Assembly: GCA_017499595.2 (NCBI GenBank)
Contig: CM039006.1
Coordinates: 2,170,001-2,234,000 of the forward strand
Direction: 5' to 3'
Origin: Psilocybe cubensis
Taxonomy: Eukaryota
DNA: 64,000 nucleotides
Part shown: in pieces, positions 1 to 14,298 of the stretch
Position numbering within the stretch: the first letter of the stretch is position 1
Layout of the letters: each line of letters starts with the position of its first letter
Notes under the pieces: generated by a model
What the model was told of the DNA's origin: nothing
The model's input: only the letters and a program-made list of their open reading frames with translations
Database searches by the model: none
Position numbers and translations under genes: made by a program

Positions 1-917
1 TCTTCAGATGGCGTAATGTTCTATGTAGGAACTGACGACATTTTGCACAAGTCGGGCAATGCTTTCGAACCTTTCCTAGGCTCCTCATTGAGCGAAGAAA
101 GGTTCAAAATCAGAAACGGTGCTATAATCGACATACCAGAGTCATCCGCCGTCCTCGACGTAATATTGCACACGCTGTACCATATTTCATGCGCCAGACA
201 TGCTCCTACAATTGACGACATCGAAGAAGCTGTATATCGTATGCCTGTCTACGGGATTGACCCCAAAGCACACATTGTCCCCGCCAACCCGTTATTCGAC
301 CTACTCCTGTCGAAAGCTCCCTTGTATCCATTGCGCATATACACCTTAGCCGGCCATTTTCGTGCCCACGAGCTGGCGCTAAAAACCTCATCCCATCTTC
401 TGTCATATAACCTTGCAAACTTGACGGATGAGATTTCGATTCGCATGGGACCCATTTATCTCAACAAGCTCATGGCGCTACACCTGAATACGGTTGATTC
501 GTTGAAAAAAATTATTCTGCAACCTCCCGACCCTCATGGGAGGAGCAACCTCTGTGGCTCCGATGAGCAAAAGGCGCTGGCGAGGGCGTGGGCTCTTTCG
601 GCGTCATATCTGGCGTGGGACTCCAATCCGGGTGAGTTGGCTCGTAATGCGCGCGTCCCTAATTTTCGGCATCGGTGCCACTATTCTAATTTTCTGACCG
701 TCGTTTTTTTTCGAATGGAGAAGATGTCTCGATAAACAAGATACAGTCCACTTTTGAAGCTTTGGGGGATCATTTAACTTGTGCCGACTGCGAAATGGCG
801 TTGCAAAAACGAATTAAAGAGGTTATAGTTCAGTGGGCCAAGGTTAAGGTAGGTCGTTTTCCATCATATAAAAATCATAAACACTTGTTTACTTTCATTT
901 GACAGAGGACAATTTAA
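1..917 (+). CDS. BTB/POZ-like domain protein (agaricomycete family), 5' end outside the window, spliced
   Basis: ORF 16..735 has IIDIPESSAVLDVILHTLY, PLRIYTLAGHF, LALKTSSHLLS and MGPIYLNKLMALH, typical of agaric BTB proteins. GT-AG introns start near 632 and 849, and the last exon ends TAA at 915-917. Confidence 0.6.
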
Positions 918-1131
918 CGTAGAATTTCGATTTATGGCGTGAAAAAATAAAGGGAAAACTGGTCTTGACCAGTACTATTACACTTCAGATAGCGATAGGC
1001 CTCTGAGGTAGGTGTTCGTAGTATACGGGTTGTTCGATGGGTCTCGATTGTTTCATAGATTATAATTCGAAAATACATGTCGTCTATATACATTGTAGTA
1101 TTTTGTAAAAAAACGGATACTTGATATCAAA

Positions 1132-2383
1132 TCAATCCTCCTGCAATGAGTCTAACACACTGTTGAACAGGGAGTCTATCCAGAGATTGTTCACCGTACC
1201 CCCTTCCATAACATCACTCACTGTAACTTTGCGCTGCATGGCCAAATTGGGGACCACAGAAAAGCTTTGTATCCGTTTGCTCTCTATAAGCCACGCATAA
1301 GCCTGGTCAATCGCGCGTGAGTAGGCAAATGGTGGATGCGTCAGATGCAGCAGTAGACGCCGGGCGCCTGCGCGGGAGACAGCGTAGGCATGTGTGCATT
1401 TGGGATCGGTAGAGGTATACATTTTCGACCATGTCGGGAGCGATCCGTTTGTAGGTGATTCTTTTGTGATTAGACTACCCCGGGTTTCGTCTGACCAGCA
1501 ATGACCTGATAGAGGATTAGAATTTAGACAAAAAAGAATACATTCTTCACATGAAGTGCTCAATACCTAGAAACACCATGTCCCAATCTTCCGGCAAATC
1601 CTTCCACAGGAATTCCATTTGCTGCATGATATCTCTTTCCATGTCGACGTCGTCTTCCAGAATCAACGCAATACTTCCTTTACCAGAAGCAGTTGGTAAA
1701 CTGTTTGCATGTAGGTGCAGGACCGATAAATGTGAGTGCCAGCATGCGACACGCCCAGAAGTCAGTCGCTTGTATTCCGGTACCTCGTCAGGCGCCTTGT
1801 CGAGGAGATAAAAGTCTTGCTCGCTGCACGTAAGAGGCTCATAGGGTGGACGCCTGACTGGCTGAGCCCAAATTAGTGGATCAAGGAGGGGGATCTCGAG
1901 GTTAGATTGTGCGATATCCTCTAAATATTCTGGCCAAAATAACACATCTTCTGCATGTATATCGCCATCGCTATAGGAGTCGTCATTGCCGAGAGATCCA
2001 GAGACGTCAGAGTCTGTAGATGGTATGGCAGACAGAAGCTTCGCTCGAACATTTTCAACCCAGTGAAGGATCTTCCCAATGAGAGCACTGTTGGAGTAAG
2101 TTGCGTCGTAGTATTTCCACTGTAGACCTAGGGCTCCACGAAGTCTCTCCATATCAGCCTTGCGTGCTCCACGTCCAGGTAACGAGACCACGTAAATCTG
2201 AAATTTGTCGATAAAGTCAACCGGTTTAGTCATGGCGTGCTGCTTAGGCTGCGTTTGTTTTTCCAGATGCACAGTGATCTCTGGAGATTTACCCAGGAAC
2301 ATGAATAAGACCATCGTTGAAGGAATAGAAATCATAACCATGACCCCTAAGAGCCGAAGAACCGCGAGAACACGGTGATTCAT
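1132..2383 (-). CDS. Glycosyltransferase family 25 protein (type II membrane)
   Basis: N-terminal TM segment and motifs IYVVSLPGR, ACWHSH, ALILEDDVD, DWDMVFLG|HCW and CTHAYAVS. One intron at 1506-1566 joins ORFs 1547..2383 and 1132..1563. Confidence 0.8.
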
Positions 2384-4107
2384 AATGGCGAGTTGACAGC
2401 GCGCGAGGCACTTTTATCTGAAGGTGTAAAAAAGTGCTTTGACTAGCAGATAATATGTAGATGACGGAATACTTTGAAAACTGATTTGAAAGTCCGGGAG
2501 AGTTTCGCACTCAGAGTCGCGTATGACGTAGCCACAATGGGCTGTAAATCGAAAGCTCTGGGAAGCTTTTATGTAATATTTTCCCACATGATGTACGCTT
2601 TAATTTATTCTCCTCACTGCCAAAAAAAAACCTCTGTAACGTTTCGTAAAAGGCAGAATCAGTATGTGACAAAATGCTTTGAATTTTAGGCGCTCTCAGT
2701 CCTAGCTTCAGCGTTTCAGCCTGGATCGGTGTGTCACTTGTATATCAGTCTATTAATAGATTGATATAATTAATATCCCAAACGGCAGGAATCCGGCTTT
2801 CAAGTTCAACAAGTAAGTAGCAAGATGGGGTGGGCGCTGTAAATCTAGACATCCGGCGGCAAGTATCTTTCAACGGCTTGAGTGCTGACTATAATTTGAT
2901 TCTGTATATGTGCATATGTCATTCGATGTCACTGCACAGATCATTAATTGCCTATGTAATCAACTTGTCGAACTGGCGATTCGTGAATGCTACAGGGCCC
3001 CTCTAAGTATAAGATTTGTGAAAGACTTTGAGGCTGTGCACATGGGTAAGTTAATCTGGTTTATCGATTTTTGGGCATGAATCTAAGATTGAAAGCGATA
3101 GGTGTATTACTCTCATGAGTTAGCCGGTACGAGTATCTATTTGGCCTGAAGAGGCTTCAGACTGGACGCCCTACGAACGGTTTAGAAGACTACTACTAAG
3201 ATTATTAAACTTAGGCAGAGACGAGAAATCGTAATAGCAACGTACATTTAGAAGAGCCACCTTGCGACAGTAAATGTCTCAGATGTAATTTAATTTTAGA
3301 TTGCTGCTGCTGCAAATTTAGACCAGAATACCGATGCAAAGTGTTTCAAAGTACCTAATGGCATGCACCCACAGTCAAAGTAGCCATGGATCCCCCTATA
3401 CATCATGATTCCGTAGATAATAGATGAACTGCGGGACGGCCACCATAATAGTGGCTTTGATATCAAGTAATGGAAGTCACTCTCAATATGACGAAAGCTT
3501 TGTTACAGACAAACCGTGTTCTGACGCTAGTACTCGGACACATATCCTAGTGTTTCAACATTCTGCATCGACGTCAATTGGAGAATAGCCTATGGTGCCA
3601 CTAACTTTGCCATCTAACGAGAAAATCTAAACGGTTTCAAGTGCGTATCAAGTATTGACACAATATCTTTTATCTTCCTTCTCAAACTACTCGTTGAACT
3701 ATGCGTGGAGTATAGAACTTAACAAGTGGTAGTAGGTCATTCCGAGTTCTCCGGCTTCTACACTACGTGACTCGTAATATATGGCTGCTGTACATACACC
3801 GGCAATCTTAGCAGTCGTAAATTCCAAACATTATAGTCACTTTGGATTGCGAATGGGAGCTTCCAGTTCAAATGAGTCCAAAACACAAATTGGTTCATTG
3901 AAGAATTTCCATTTTAAGGTATACCGTCGATGTTTGTCCATGCTTGGTTTAGAAGACTTCGACCAGTGTCCGCAGGCAAAAATCGGTTCCATTGAATTGA
4001 CCTCACCACTCTCTGCGACGCACTCAAACTATTTATCATCGAAAAAACTGCAACCACAGATTCTCGAAGTAACATAACCAGGTTTCCTCGACTTTATACC
4101 TCACGCA

Positions 4108-4490
4108 ATGGCTTCGGTGCCGCCTTCTCGGTTGCAGGCACTCACGAAACTTCGATGCAGCATTTTCCAGACAACATATAACCCAGACAGCCTGCGAACG
4201 GGCGCGAAATATTTGCGGGCGCGTTTAAGAGGCCCTTCTCTGGTTGGCTACTACCCTGAACGCGTCAATATTTCACAAATTGTTCGATCATACCGCAATA
4301 GACTGGAAATGGTGGATGACGACGAGGAGGAGCGTTTGCAGGATGTCATAGAGAGACGCAGGAGAGGAAAGGGTGCACCGCCAAAGGCTAAGAAGGGTGC
4401 GTACTGTGATAGACTCAATTTGACTGTTATTTGATCACGTCGTGTTTCTTCCCAACAGGTGAAAGTAGAAGATTGAACAAAAAACGTTGA
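4108..4490 (+). CDS. RSM27: Mitochondrial small-subunit ribosomal protein Rsm27/mS33
   Basis: Motifs IFQTTYNP..RTGAKYLRARLRGP...YYP and RRRGKGAPPK. One intron (~4398-4458), then a short last exon ending TGA at 4488-4490. Confidence 0.85.
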
Positions 4491-4885
4491 GGGATTAATT
4501 CCACGTTGGCAAGGTTGCCAGTCCGTGGGCAGTGTTCCATACCATTCTCTACCTTCTCTCGCTGCTGGTTCTGTATATTCTTGGTCCCAGATATACTCCC
4601 GAAACATCATCTTTGACCTTTCCTTTTCCCGGTTGTGCTAGAAACCCAATCAAGTACATCAAGAACATGATTGCGGGTTTGTGTTGTCATCAAAGTTCCG
4701 TGGGTTCACATTCTCAGCGTGGTAGCAGACTAACTACCTGAAAAACAGCGCGAAAGATAGACCGCAGAAAGTGTCTGTAATTTACATTGGTTCGGTAGAT
4801 TCTCGCGACTTACAGGGCATGAGATGCTCTCTCCAAACAAGGCAAATACAAAGAAGGATATCCATTAAATCAACCATCCAATGTT

Positions 4886-6630
4886 CTACGGTATTCTCCA
4901 CATAGCAATTCCACTTCGTTCGCCATCAATCTCCTTCTTGGCTTCCTTACTAGACCTGCTTCTTATTGCTGCAGCAACGAGTAGAATGACCGCATCTTTG
5001 AGTAGCTTTCGGGACAATGCCTCACCGCCTTTAAGATCCGACACCACTGTCTGCAAATTACCTTCTTGTTCCGTTTCCGACTCTGCAACCGGAATATTTA
5101 CCCTTTCCCAATCGACGCACAGGTCGATATATTCAAACACAACATCAACAATGCCTTCGAATTTTCCTGATGCACTTAGCGCTCCGTCGCTGGGTGGCAA
5201 ATCAATCTCCCAGAGTTGTTCAAGAGTTAGCCCATCCCACGCAACCAATGGCCCTCCCAGTTTGACGGGAACTACGATGGCTGGACAGCCATTGAGAAGA
5301 ATGTAATTCATGACGCTTTCGCTTGGGCGTGCACTCAGTGTCCACATTTTTCGGTGTGGTTTGAGTCCCACTAGGAGAATAACCATTCGACGCGGTTTCG
5401 GAGGGTTCGGCAAGGGTGTCAACTCCGGCTCTGGAGACGGCGTTCTGGACCGGTTAAACATAGTGGAAAGTGAAGGGATGGACAGATTCTTCAAACTCAA
5501 ATGATGATCCTCCTCCTCTACTTCAGTGGGCTCGGCCGGAGGTGCGTCACATAGTTCAATTACATGTGCTGATTCCTTTAGCAGCGTTTCTCCAATTTTG
5601 TAATCGCCTTTAGGTTCACATGCGACAGACGGGAGAATTGCATAGAGGTGGATTAGCTTCACGCGACACAATAAGATAAATATTACACCCAGGTGTACGT
5701 GCTCACCTGATAAAAATGGACCATGACAGAAGATAATATCAGGTTTCATGTTTCTTGGAATGATCGGTCGTCGCGCGCTCGCGAAAAGGTAGGGTGAGAA
5801 CCATCCTTTCTCAACCGATAGATAGTCTTTGACCGCAGCAAACAGAGAGTTATCCCTTTATAGGTGAGAACGTCATATTCAGCCCCTCTTTTCAGCCTTC
5901 TCTATAAAGGCAATTTAAATCAACTTACGAATGTAGAGAGCTACGGTAAAACCCCAGCGCAGCGTCTGTCATGGTGTGTTTATACTTGAGTGTTATAAGG
6001 AGCACTTTGACGGCGGTGGTTTCAAGTCTGTCTGAATGTATTGGGACTATTTTTTTGATAGTTTTATCGAAAACAAGATCGTTCGCAAGTTTCGTGGTGA
6101 GGCCAAATCCGGCGTGGAGGCCAAGTTCGACTAAAACTGTATCACCGAGCGACCCAACCACCACATCCGAAACTGGTCCCATGCTATTATAATTTAATAA
6201 ATCAGAACATATGGCCTTGGAATCAGCAGGAGCAAGGCACAAAATTGTCTTTCAGATCGAAAAAAATAGGTTGTGACGTACACCGGAGCTGCTACGGCTG
6301 CCATCCCTCCCTGAGAATCGTGATCATGATTTCGGATTAGTGGCTGGAGTGTAAAAAGGGGGGGCGCCGGGATGTTAATTTAGCGGCGGACTTACTGTAG
6401 CTGCTATAACAGTGTGTACGGCGAGGTCACGGAATCGTATGCAGGGCAAAAACAGCGGCGATGAATCTCCCCACTGTATTGAGTTGGAAATAGGCGACCA
6501 GGAGAAAGAAGAACGCGCGTCGTTGTTCTGATGGGTTTCATGATATCTGGAGTGTATTAACCCTGGGACTCACAGGAGAAAGGCAAATAATGTTGGTACC
6601 CGTCGCCCGTAGCGTTTCGTATGACGACAT
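4886..6630 (-). CDS. Conserved hypothetical protein, multi-exon
   Basis: ATG at 6630. Spliced exons read ICLSP|WGDSSPLFLPCIRFRD, then ORF segments 5925..6242 and 4886..5749 (WTLSARPSESVMNYILLNGCPAIVVP). No recognisable domain. Confidence 0.6.
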
Positions 6631-7730
6631 GACGATTCGTCCGGTCACTGACTAGATGGAAAAAACGGTTAGTTAATTCATTAATGGTTCCCTTTATTAG
6701 TAAGCCACCACAATAGTTGGTGAATGAAACATGGTGATAGCTCGCTTCATTTGAATGGGGTTTTGCGATCCACTTGCGAGGAGGCTGTTCGCCTGGCTGA
6801 GAAACCCTTGTAGACTACAGTTTCCCAGTCGGGGACAGCGACATATCGAGGCAACAAAGAAAAATACGAGCTAAAATCAACGCCCAAGAGTAAGGTAAGT
6901 ACTCACGCCTACTAGTTTTCTAACGATCCATGGTGCCGATTTTTCTTCCTCCTGGTCCTTTTTCAAAGATGCGGGGTCAATGGGGCCGAGGACCGACGTT
7001 TCGACCATGTTTCTCTGTATGTCGCCTGCAAATAATGTTAGGCCTGTGGAAAAACACAGAGGGATACGGCTTTTCTGACCTCTTGTACACCGTGTATCGT
7101 AATCAGCGGTAATCAGCAGGCTAAGAAGATCAGCAAAACATACGACTGATCGTGATCAACAATTTTGATCATGATCGTGATCGAAATGGACACGTTTAAT
7201 ATTTTTACAACCAACGGTAAGCGGTAAACCCGTTACTCGACACTCAATCACACATGTTTGCAGTCATACAGTGCCCACACTTTAGACACTGTGGCAACTC
7301 GGATACAATGCACGTCAACATTTCACCAACCCAGGCCAATCCGTTCCTGTTAACTTACCATGCAAACAAAGATACTTCACTCAAAATGTCGGTCAATCAT
7401 ATTTGAAGAAATGTTTTTTGCATCCATGAAATAATCCAAGTGATTATCAACATCACATCCACATCCAAGGCGTTGAGGCCTTCTGCAGCAACCGCAACAT
7501 CATCCCCAGGGACAAAATATTCCCTTGTCTGCGGTATACTTACTCCTAAACTGACGCTCTCAGCCACATGTGCTGATTTGTCCCTGCCTGCTTCAAGAGC
7601 ATTAAATAAAGACTCTGTTGAACGAATCACCGAAACATCCACTCGTTAGGACGTTGAAGATCCCATTCTCCCGTCTAATTGGCGAGGGCTCGTTGAGGCC
7701 GTCGATGAATACGGGTATCAGGCTACACGT

Positions 7731-9649
<1,919 letters not shown>

Positions 9650-10953
9650 TTTTGCGAGAGGATGAGAGATAGGATGAGAGTTTGTGGATAACCTCCAGAT
9701 TTTACGATCGAACGTTTTTGTTTTTTTTGGCACGTGATGCCGGGATCGATGGCATCTGCTTAGCTAAGCCAGTACAGGAGTGATGCGAGGCTCGAGACGA
9801 GTTTGCGTTTTGGCAATGGACAAGCAAGAGACTAAGAAGTGTGTCATTGCAGAAATAGTTCAGCACACATGCTCACTCAAGAATGAGCGCAATGGAACTC
9901 CTACGTTCCACTGTTTTCCACTGCCCCGTATCCTGAAACTGTACGAGCTCCATCATCTGTTGGCTTTCCGGTCTTCTCAATTCCTCTCCAGCTGTCCTGG
10001 CCAGCCTGCCGTCGAGCTGACCAAGTTCATCAACATCGACATGAAGAGCGGAGAAATTGATATTCCCCCAAACTTGAGGTCAGTAGTTTCAACTTCCAGG
10101 TGTTGGTCAAGTCATAAACTGTATTACGTGCTCCACACTTGAACTCTCCAGCGCTAGTTCTGCAAAGGCCCGCGCATGGAAAGACGTTATCCGGTCGAAC
10201 CCGGGACGTGGTTATCTCCCTGAAGATTTCTGGGCAAATGATTAGATTCAAATCATTCCTGTGCTTTGTGGTTCTCTCATTTTTCCTGCAGATTATTGGT
10301 TGGATCAAGTATTTTACGCACATTCTAGCGTACCTTGTCCATCTCGGGACATCAAATTATTTCAGGAACTTAATTCACCATGTATGTCTGTATCTTCCCT
10401 CGACCATACTCCATGTTCTTTTTATATCCCATTGGCTTGAGTTGACGTCTCTTCAGTGTCTTTTTTAATTGAATACAATGTTCAGGCCCAAGTCAAACCC
10501 GAGAAGCTGATCGTCGCGTTCATGCCTTTCCTACGGCCCTTGTGGGTCCGGGTATATTTGTGGGTGCAGCTGCTCATAGGCCATTGATCCGAAGACGCGG
10601 CCATCATCTGGATGGTATCCCAAACCACAGCTTACTCTGTTCAACAGGTCACGCTCTATGCTGAAACTTGACATTCAAGGATCGTGTAATTTTTTGATGA
10701 TTTCATCAATCTATTCAAAAAGCGGGCTCGCTAAGCATATTTGGGCATCAATAGATCTTATAATTACAGATTTGTGTCTCCATTCACAGCCCCACTGCAA
10801 GATCTCGTATTTGGCGGTTTCTAACGTTTGGTCGATCTCCTTCACGACATAGATGCTAGGCGAAGCGTGACCAAAGATTGAGTTGGTTCGTCAAGGTAAA
10901 TAGCCCTGTTTTCAACCTGTTGTTACTGTAGCGTCTGAAGCACTGCCCTCATC

Positions 10954-12387
10954 ATGGAGAGTTTCTTCACTGATTGCCTGGTGAACGAAATGGATATTAA
11001 AGAGGAGGTCTCCGACCTTGGTTCCTCATTACTTTCCCCTCCAATTACTCCTTCTCTCCCTTCCTACTCGTTGCCGAGTGTTCATTCGACGACGTCGCGT
11101 CGAAGAGGTTCCATATATTCCCTGGCTGGCCCAAAACGCCCAAGACCATATCCTTCAACTCACCGCTTAAAGATCTCACGAAAAGAATCACTTATTTCTA
11201 CAATGTCTAATAACGCGGCTTACGGAACATGGAACCCCACTGGATCCAAGTCTAGTCACAGCAGACATGGCCCAGTTGAACGCAGGACATCTGATGGAGA
11301 GGATCAGAGTTCTTACTCTGTTCCCTCATATGGCATGGCGGTATGTTTAATTGTATTTACCTCTTGACTTAAGCGCCTTATTTATGATATATAGGAGTCC
11401 TTCATACCGCCTGATCTTAGACCTATGTCATCCACCTCAAGTCTTACTGGTGCCATGGGCGATGCCAGCATCTCTAATTCGCGACACTCTCGTTCTCCCT
11501 CTTCGTCCAACAGCGGGAACGCATACTCCGGCAACCTCCAGACTCCAAATTCTGGCTTATGGAACACTTCCTCTCAAATGAACATGATTGCGATGAACAA
11601 CTCCGGCTACCCTGGTGTGGCAGGTCACGGCGGGATGGGATTTTCTAGCATGAGCCAATCCAGCCTTGATATGTCACTAAATGAATACACGACGACTCGT
11701 AACGTTTCACCGGAATCAATTTCCCCCCACTCTCCAAACTACCCCAGCGAATACGGAGGCGACGCGTACCGTCACCACCTATCCCCGCAACAAGGCGGAG
11801 CACCAATGGGGTACATTGGTACATACCCTTCTTCTCCTGACAGCAAAAGCAGCGAGATCGCAAGCCTCCGACGCAGAATCAAGGAGCTCGAGCAAGAGTG
11901 CAGCCGTGCGAAGGTTGCCCTGCAGGCCAAGACGGGGCTCCCCGCTGCACCGCGCTCGGCATCTTTCCAGGCTTCTTGGAGGGCACGAACGGAGACGCGC
12001 AAGAAGATGTTCTGCTCTCTTAACAGGGCCGGTAACGCCCTGTGCGCGTGGCACGACTCCCGACGTGAAAGGCGTGCATACCCTGCCAGGCACGCTCCTC
12101 CGGGATACCTCAACTGTGGCTGCACATACGAGGAGGCTCTTTTCGAAGAATCGCTCTCTAGGCACGGTGTTGGGAGCTATCTTCCTGGAGAGACTGTCAG
12201 GATGGATCCTGCTTTGCGCAACCCTCTATTGCGATTGCTCGAACAGAGATATGGGTACAAGGATGGCGACTTCGAACACGACCCGATCACCGAAACGTGG
12301 TTTGAAGGTGAATCCCCTATGGCATGGGAGCAAAAGGCACAGTCTGGCCAAGTTGTCAAGCGCCGAACCGACGCCGACCGCCATTAA
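10954..12387 (+). CDS. Conserved basidiomycete protein of unknown function: Ser-rich N-terminus, coiled coil, Cys/His-containing C-terminal domain
   Basis: ORFs 10954..11367 and 11425..12387 are joined by an intron at ~11341-11394. The C-terminal block reads CSLNRAGNALCAWHDSRRERR...LNCGCTYEEALFEESL. Confidence 0.7.
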
Positions 12388-12779
12388 TCTTTAAATTATT
12401 AACCATTGCTTTCCTTTGAGTCTCGTCACTTCATTCGTGTATTTTTTGTGCTGACTTTTACGACTCGCATCACCCACTGTAGCCCTAGTATCTTTGTCTT
12501 GATTTGTTCATTCTTTGTTGAACATTCACTAACTTATCTTTATCCATTAATAGTAGACTTCTCCTAGCCCTGTGCTCATTCCACCATTCGTTCGTTTGCT
12601 GTAGACACAGTCATTTCTTTCATGCACTACCATATTCACTTTATTGTTCATCACCTGTAGCAAAGTCCTATTTCTGTGTTTTAATACCCGCTTTACGAAG
12701 CATCCCCCCTCGATGTATTTATACCATTGCACTAATTTATGTAGTTCCCTGCCGTAGAAACTTTGAAGGACTAATATAT

Positions 12780-13903
12780 TCAAAGTTTTGCATACGAGTA
12801 CTTTCCACCCTTTTCAATCGCCTAATATTATTGGCATGATCAGTTCTGCGCAGAAGTTGCCATGGGATATGGACCTACCCTTTTATAAGCCGGTCTGTGA
12901 ACAAGATCAAACACATCAGTTACATTTGATGCGTGGGATGAACAGTGAGTATGATACTTGCCGACTGTGAACAGTTTCCACGTATTTCTTGATGTGCGGA
13001 CTGTTTACGACAAAGTTTGGAATTTCTGACGCAACTGCCTCAAGGGGGAAGGCCATCTGATAGTCTGCGGCCTACATGGTTTCGATGAGACCGAGCATTT
13101 GTCACTATTGGATGATTTCGGTAGCGAGGTTGCACTTACAGTGGGCTCTTCTCCACCGGCGAACCAGGTAGATTTCGATTTTGCCAGGTGTTCCTCGATC
13201 TGATATTATCAAACTTGAGCTTTCACGAAGTCATCGGTGATCAAGACATGCTTTACCATTTTGAGATGCTGTGTGATCTGGGGCTCTGCGAGCTGTTTGT
13301 CGAGTTGGCGAAAGATGAAACTAAGAAATGGTCTAATCAAGAAAGGTGATTTCTTGGGCACAATTGTAAAGATGAATTTGAGGATTAAAACAGGCATCAG
13401 GGAACCTTCTGCATAGTGGCTGACTAAATTAATGGGAGTAATTTTGACGGATTAATTCATGTAAACCACAGAGTTTGACTCGGTCCTCACAATAGAGATT
13501 GTGTATATATCCCGACTGTTGAGCGACGGCTCTACCATTACCATATGTGGCAATGATGTAGTCTATTCAGGCGACAGAGTACGTCAATGGGATAATGTAG
13601 GGTTTCATCATGACTTGGACCCACCAATGATGGCGCCGCTTTCTGCGAGGGTGACATCGCCATCCGTAATGAGCGGCGATTTCCCCAGAGGACTTATGGC
13701 TATGAGTTCCGGGGGCGCCAAACCATCAGGGGTTCGTTGGTATTTCTTCAACTCGTACGGGATTTCCAATTCCTCCTTTATGCGTGAACATCATTATCAA
13801 AGTCAGTTGCTGTTACCCAAGAGGAGACACTGGCAGATGGGCCCACAAGTAGCCATAGAATCCGTTGAGAACGAGAGTTATTCAAGTGATGAACAGTCAG
13901 CAT
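12780..13903 (-). CDS. Glutathione S-transferase (Gtt1-like)
   Basis: MLTVHHLNNSRSQRILWLL, PLGKSPLITDGDVTLAESGAI, WFAGGEEPT|AADYQMAFPLE and RPAYKR|AIEKGG...*. Several introns, including a GC-AG intron starting at ~12962. Confidence 0.9.
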
Positions 13904-14298
13904 ATCTTCGAGTTTTGAGGAAATACAGAGGCGTCAAAGATGCTGGTGGGAAGTAAAGTGAATACTACACGTATGTCGGCAAGACACTGAATCGAACTCG
14001 TAGTAACTGGATTACACGTGATATCGCAGATGTGATGCACTGAAATGCAACATTGGAGGCAGTAGGAACGAAGCGTAGCGGGTCTGCACCATTCTATGTG
14101 CAATAAGCTCCGACGTCGGTCTTGAAGTATAAAGTTTGAGGTCAAGAGTCAAGAGTCGAATCGATCCCTGAGGTAATACTTACGAGAATTCAAGTTCAGG
14201 GGCTAATCACGAGCATCGTGGGAATGCTTGCGCCAGTTTATCTTCAATGGCGCTTCCTTCTCGACCGGACAATAAAATCTCTAACCTTCTCTACTCTT

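Noticed and set aside
2400-4100. Possible gene or ncRNA in the long intergenic gap (intron-like GTAAGT...TAG at ~3046-3101)
   Set aside because: I could not build a coherent spliced ORF or a recognisable RNA structure.
7085-7245. GATC-rich patch resembling a small element
   Set aside because: No convincing TIR or TSD.
11645-12394. Long overlapping or antisense ORFs over the 11.4-12.4 kb gene (and similar ones at 26-28 kb and 38-40 kb)
   Set aside because: They are shadow ORFs expected from GC-rich codon usage and have no recognisable motifs.
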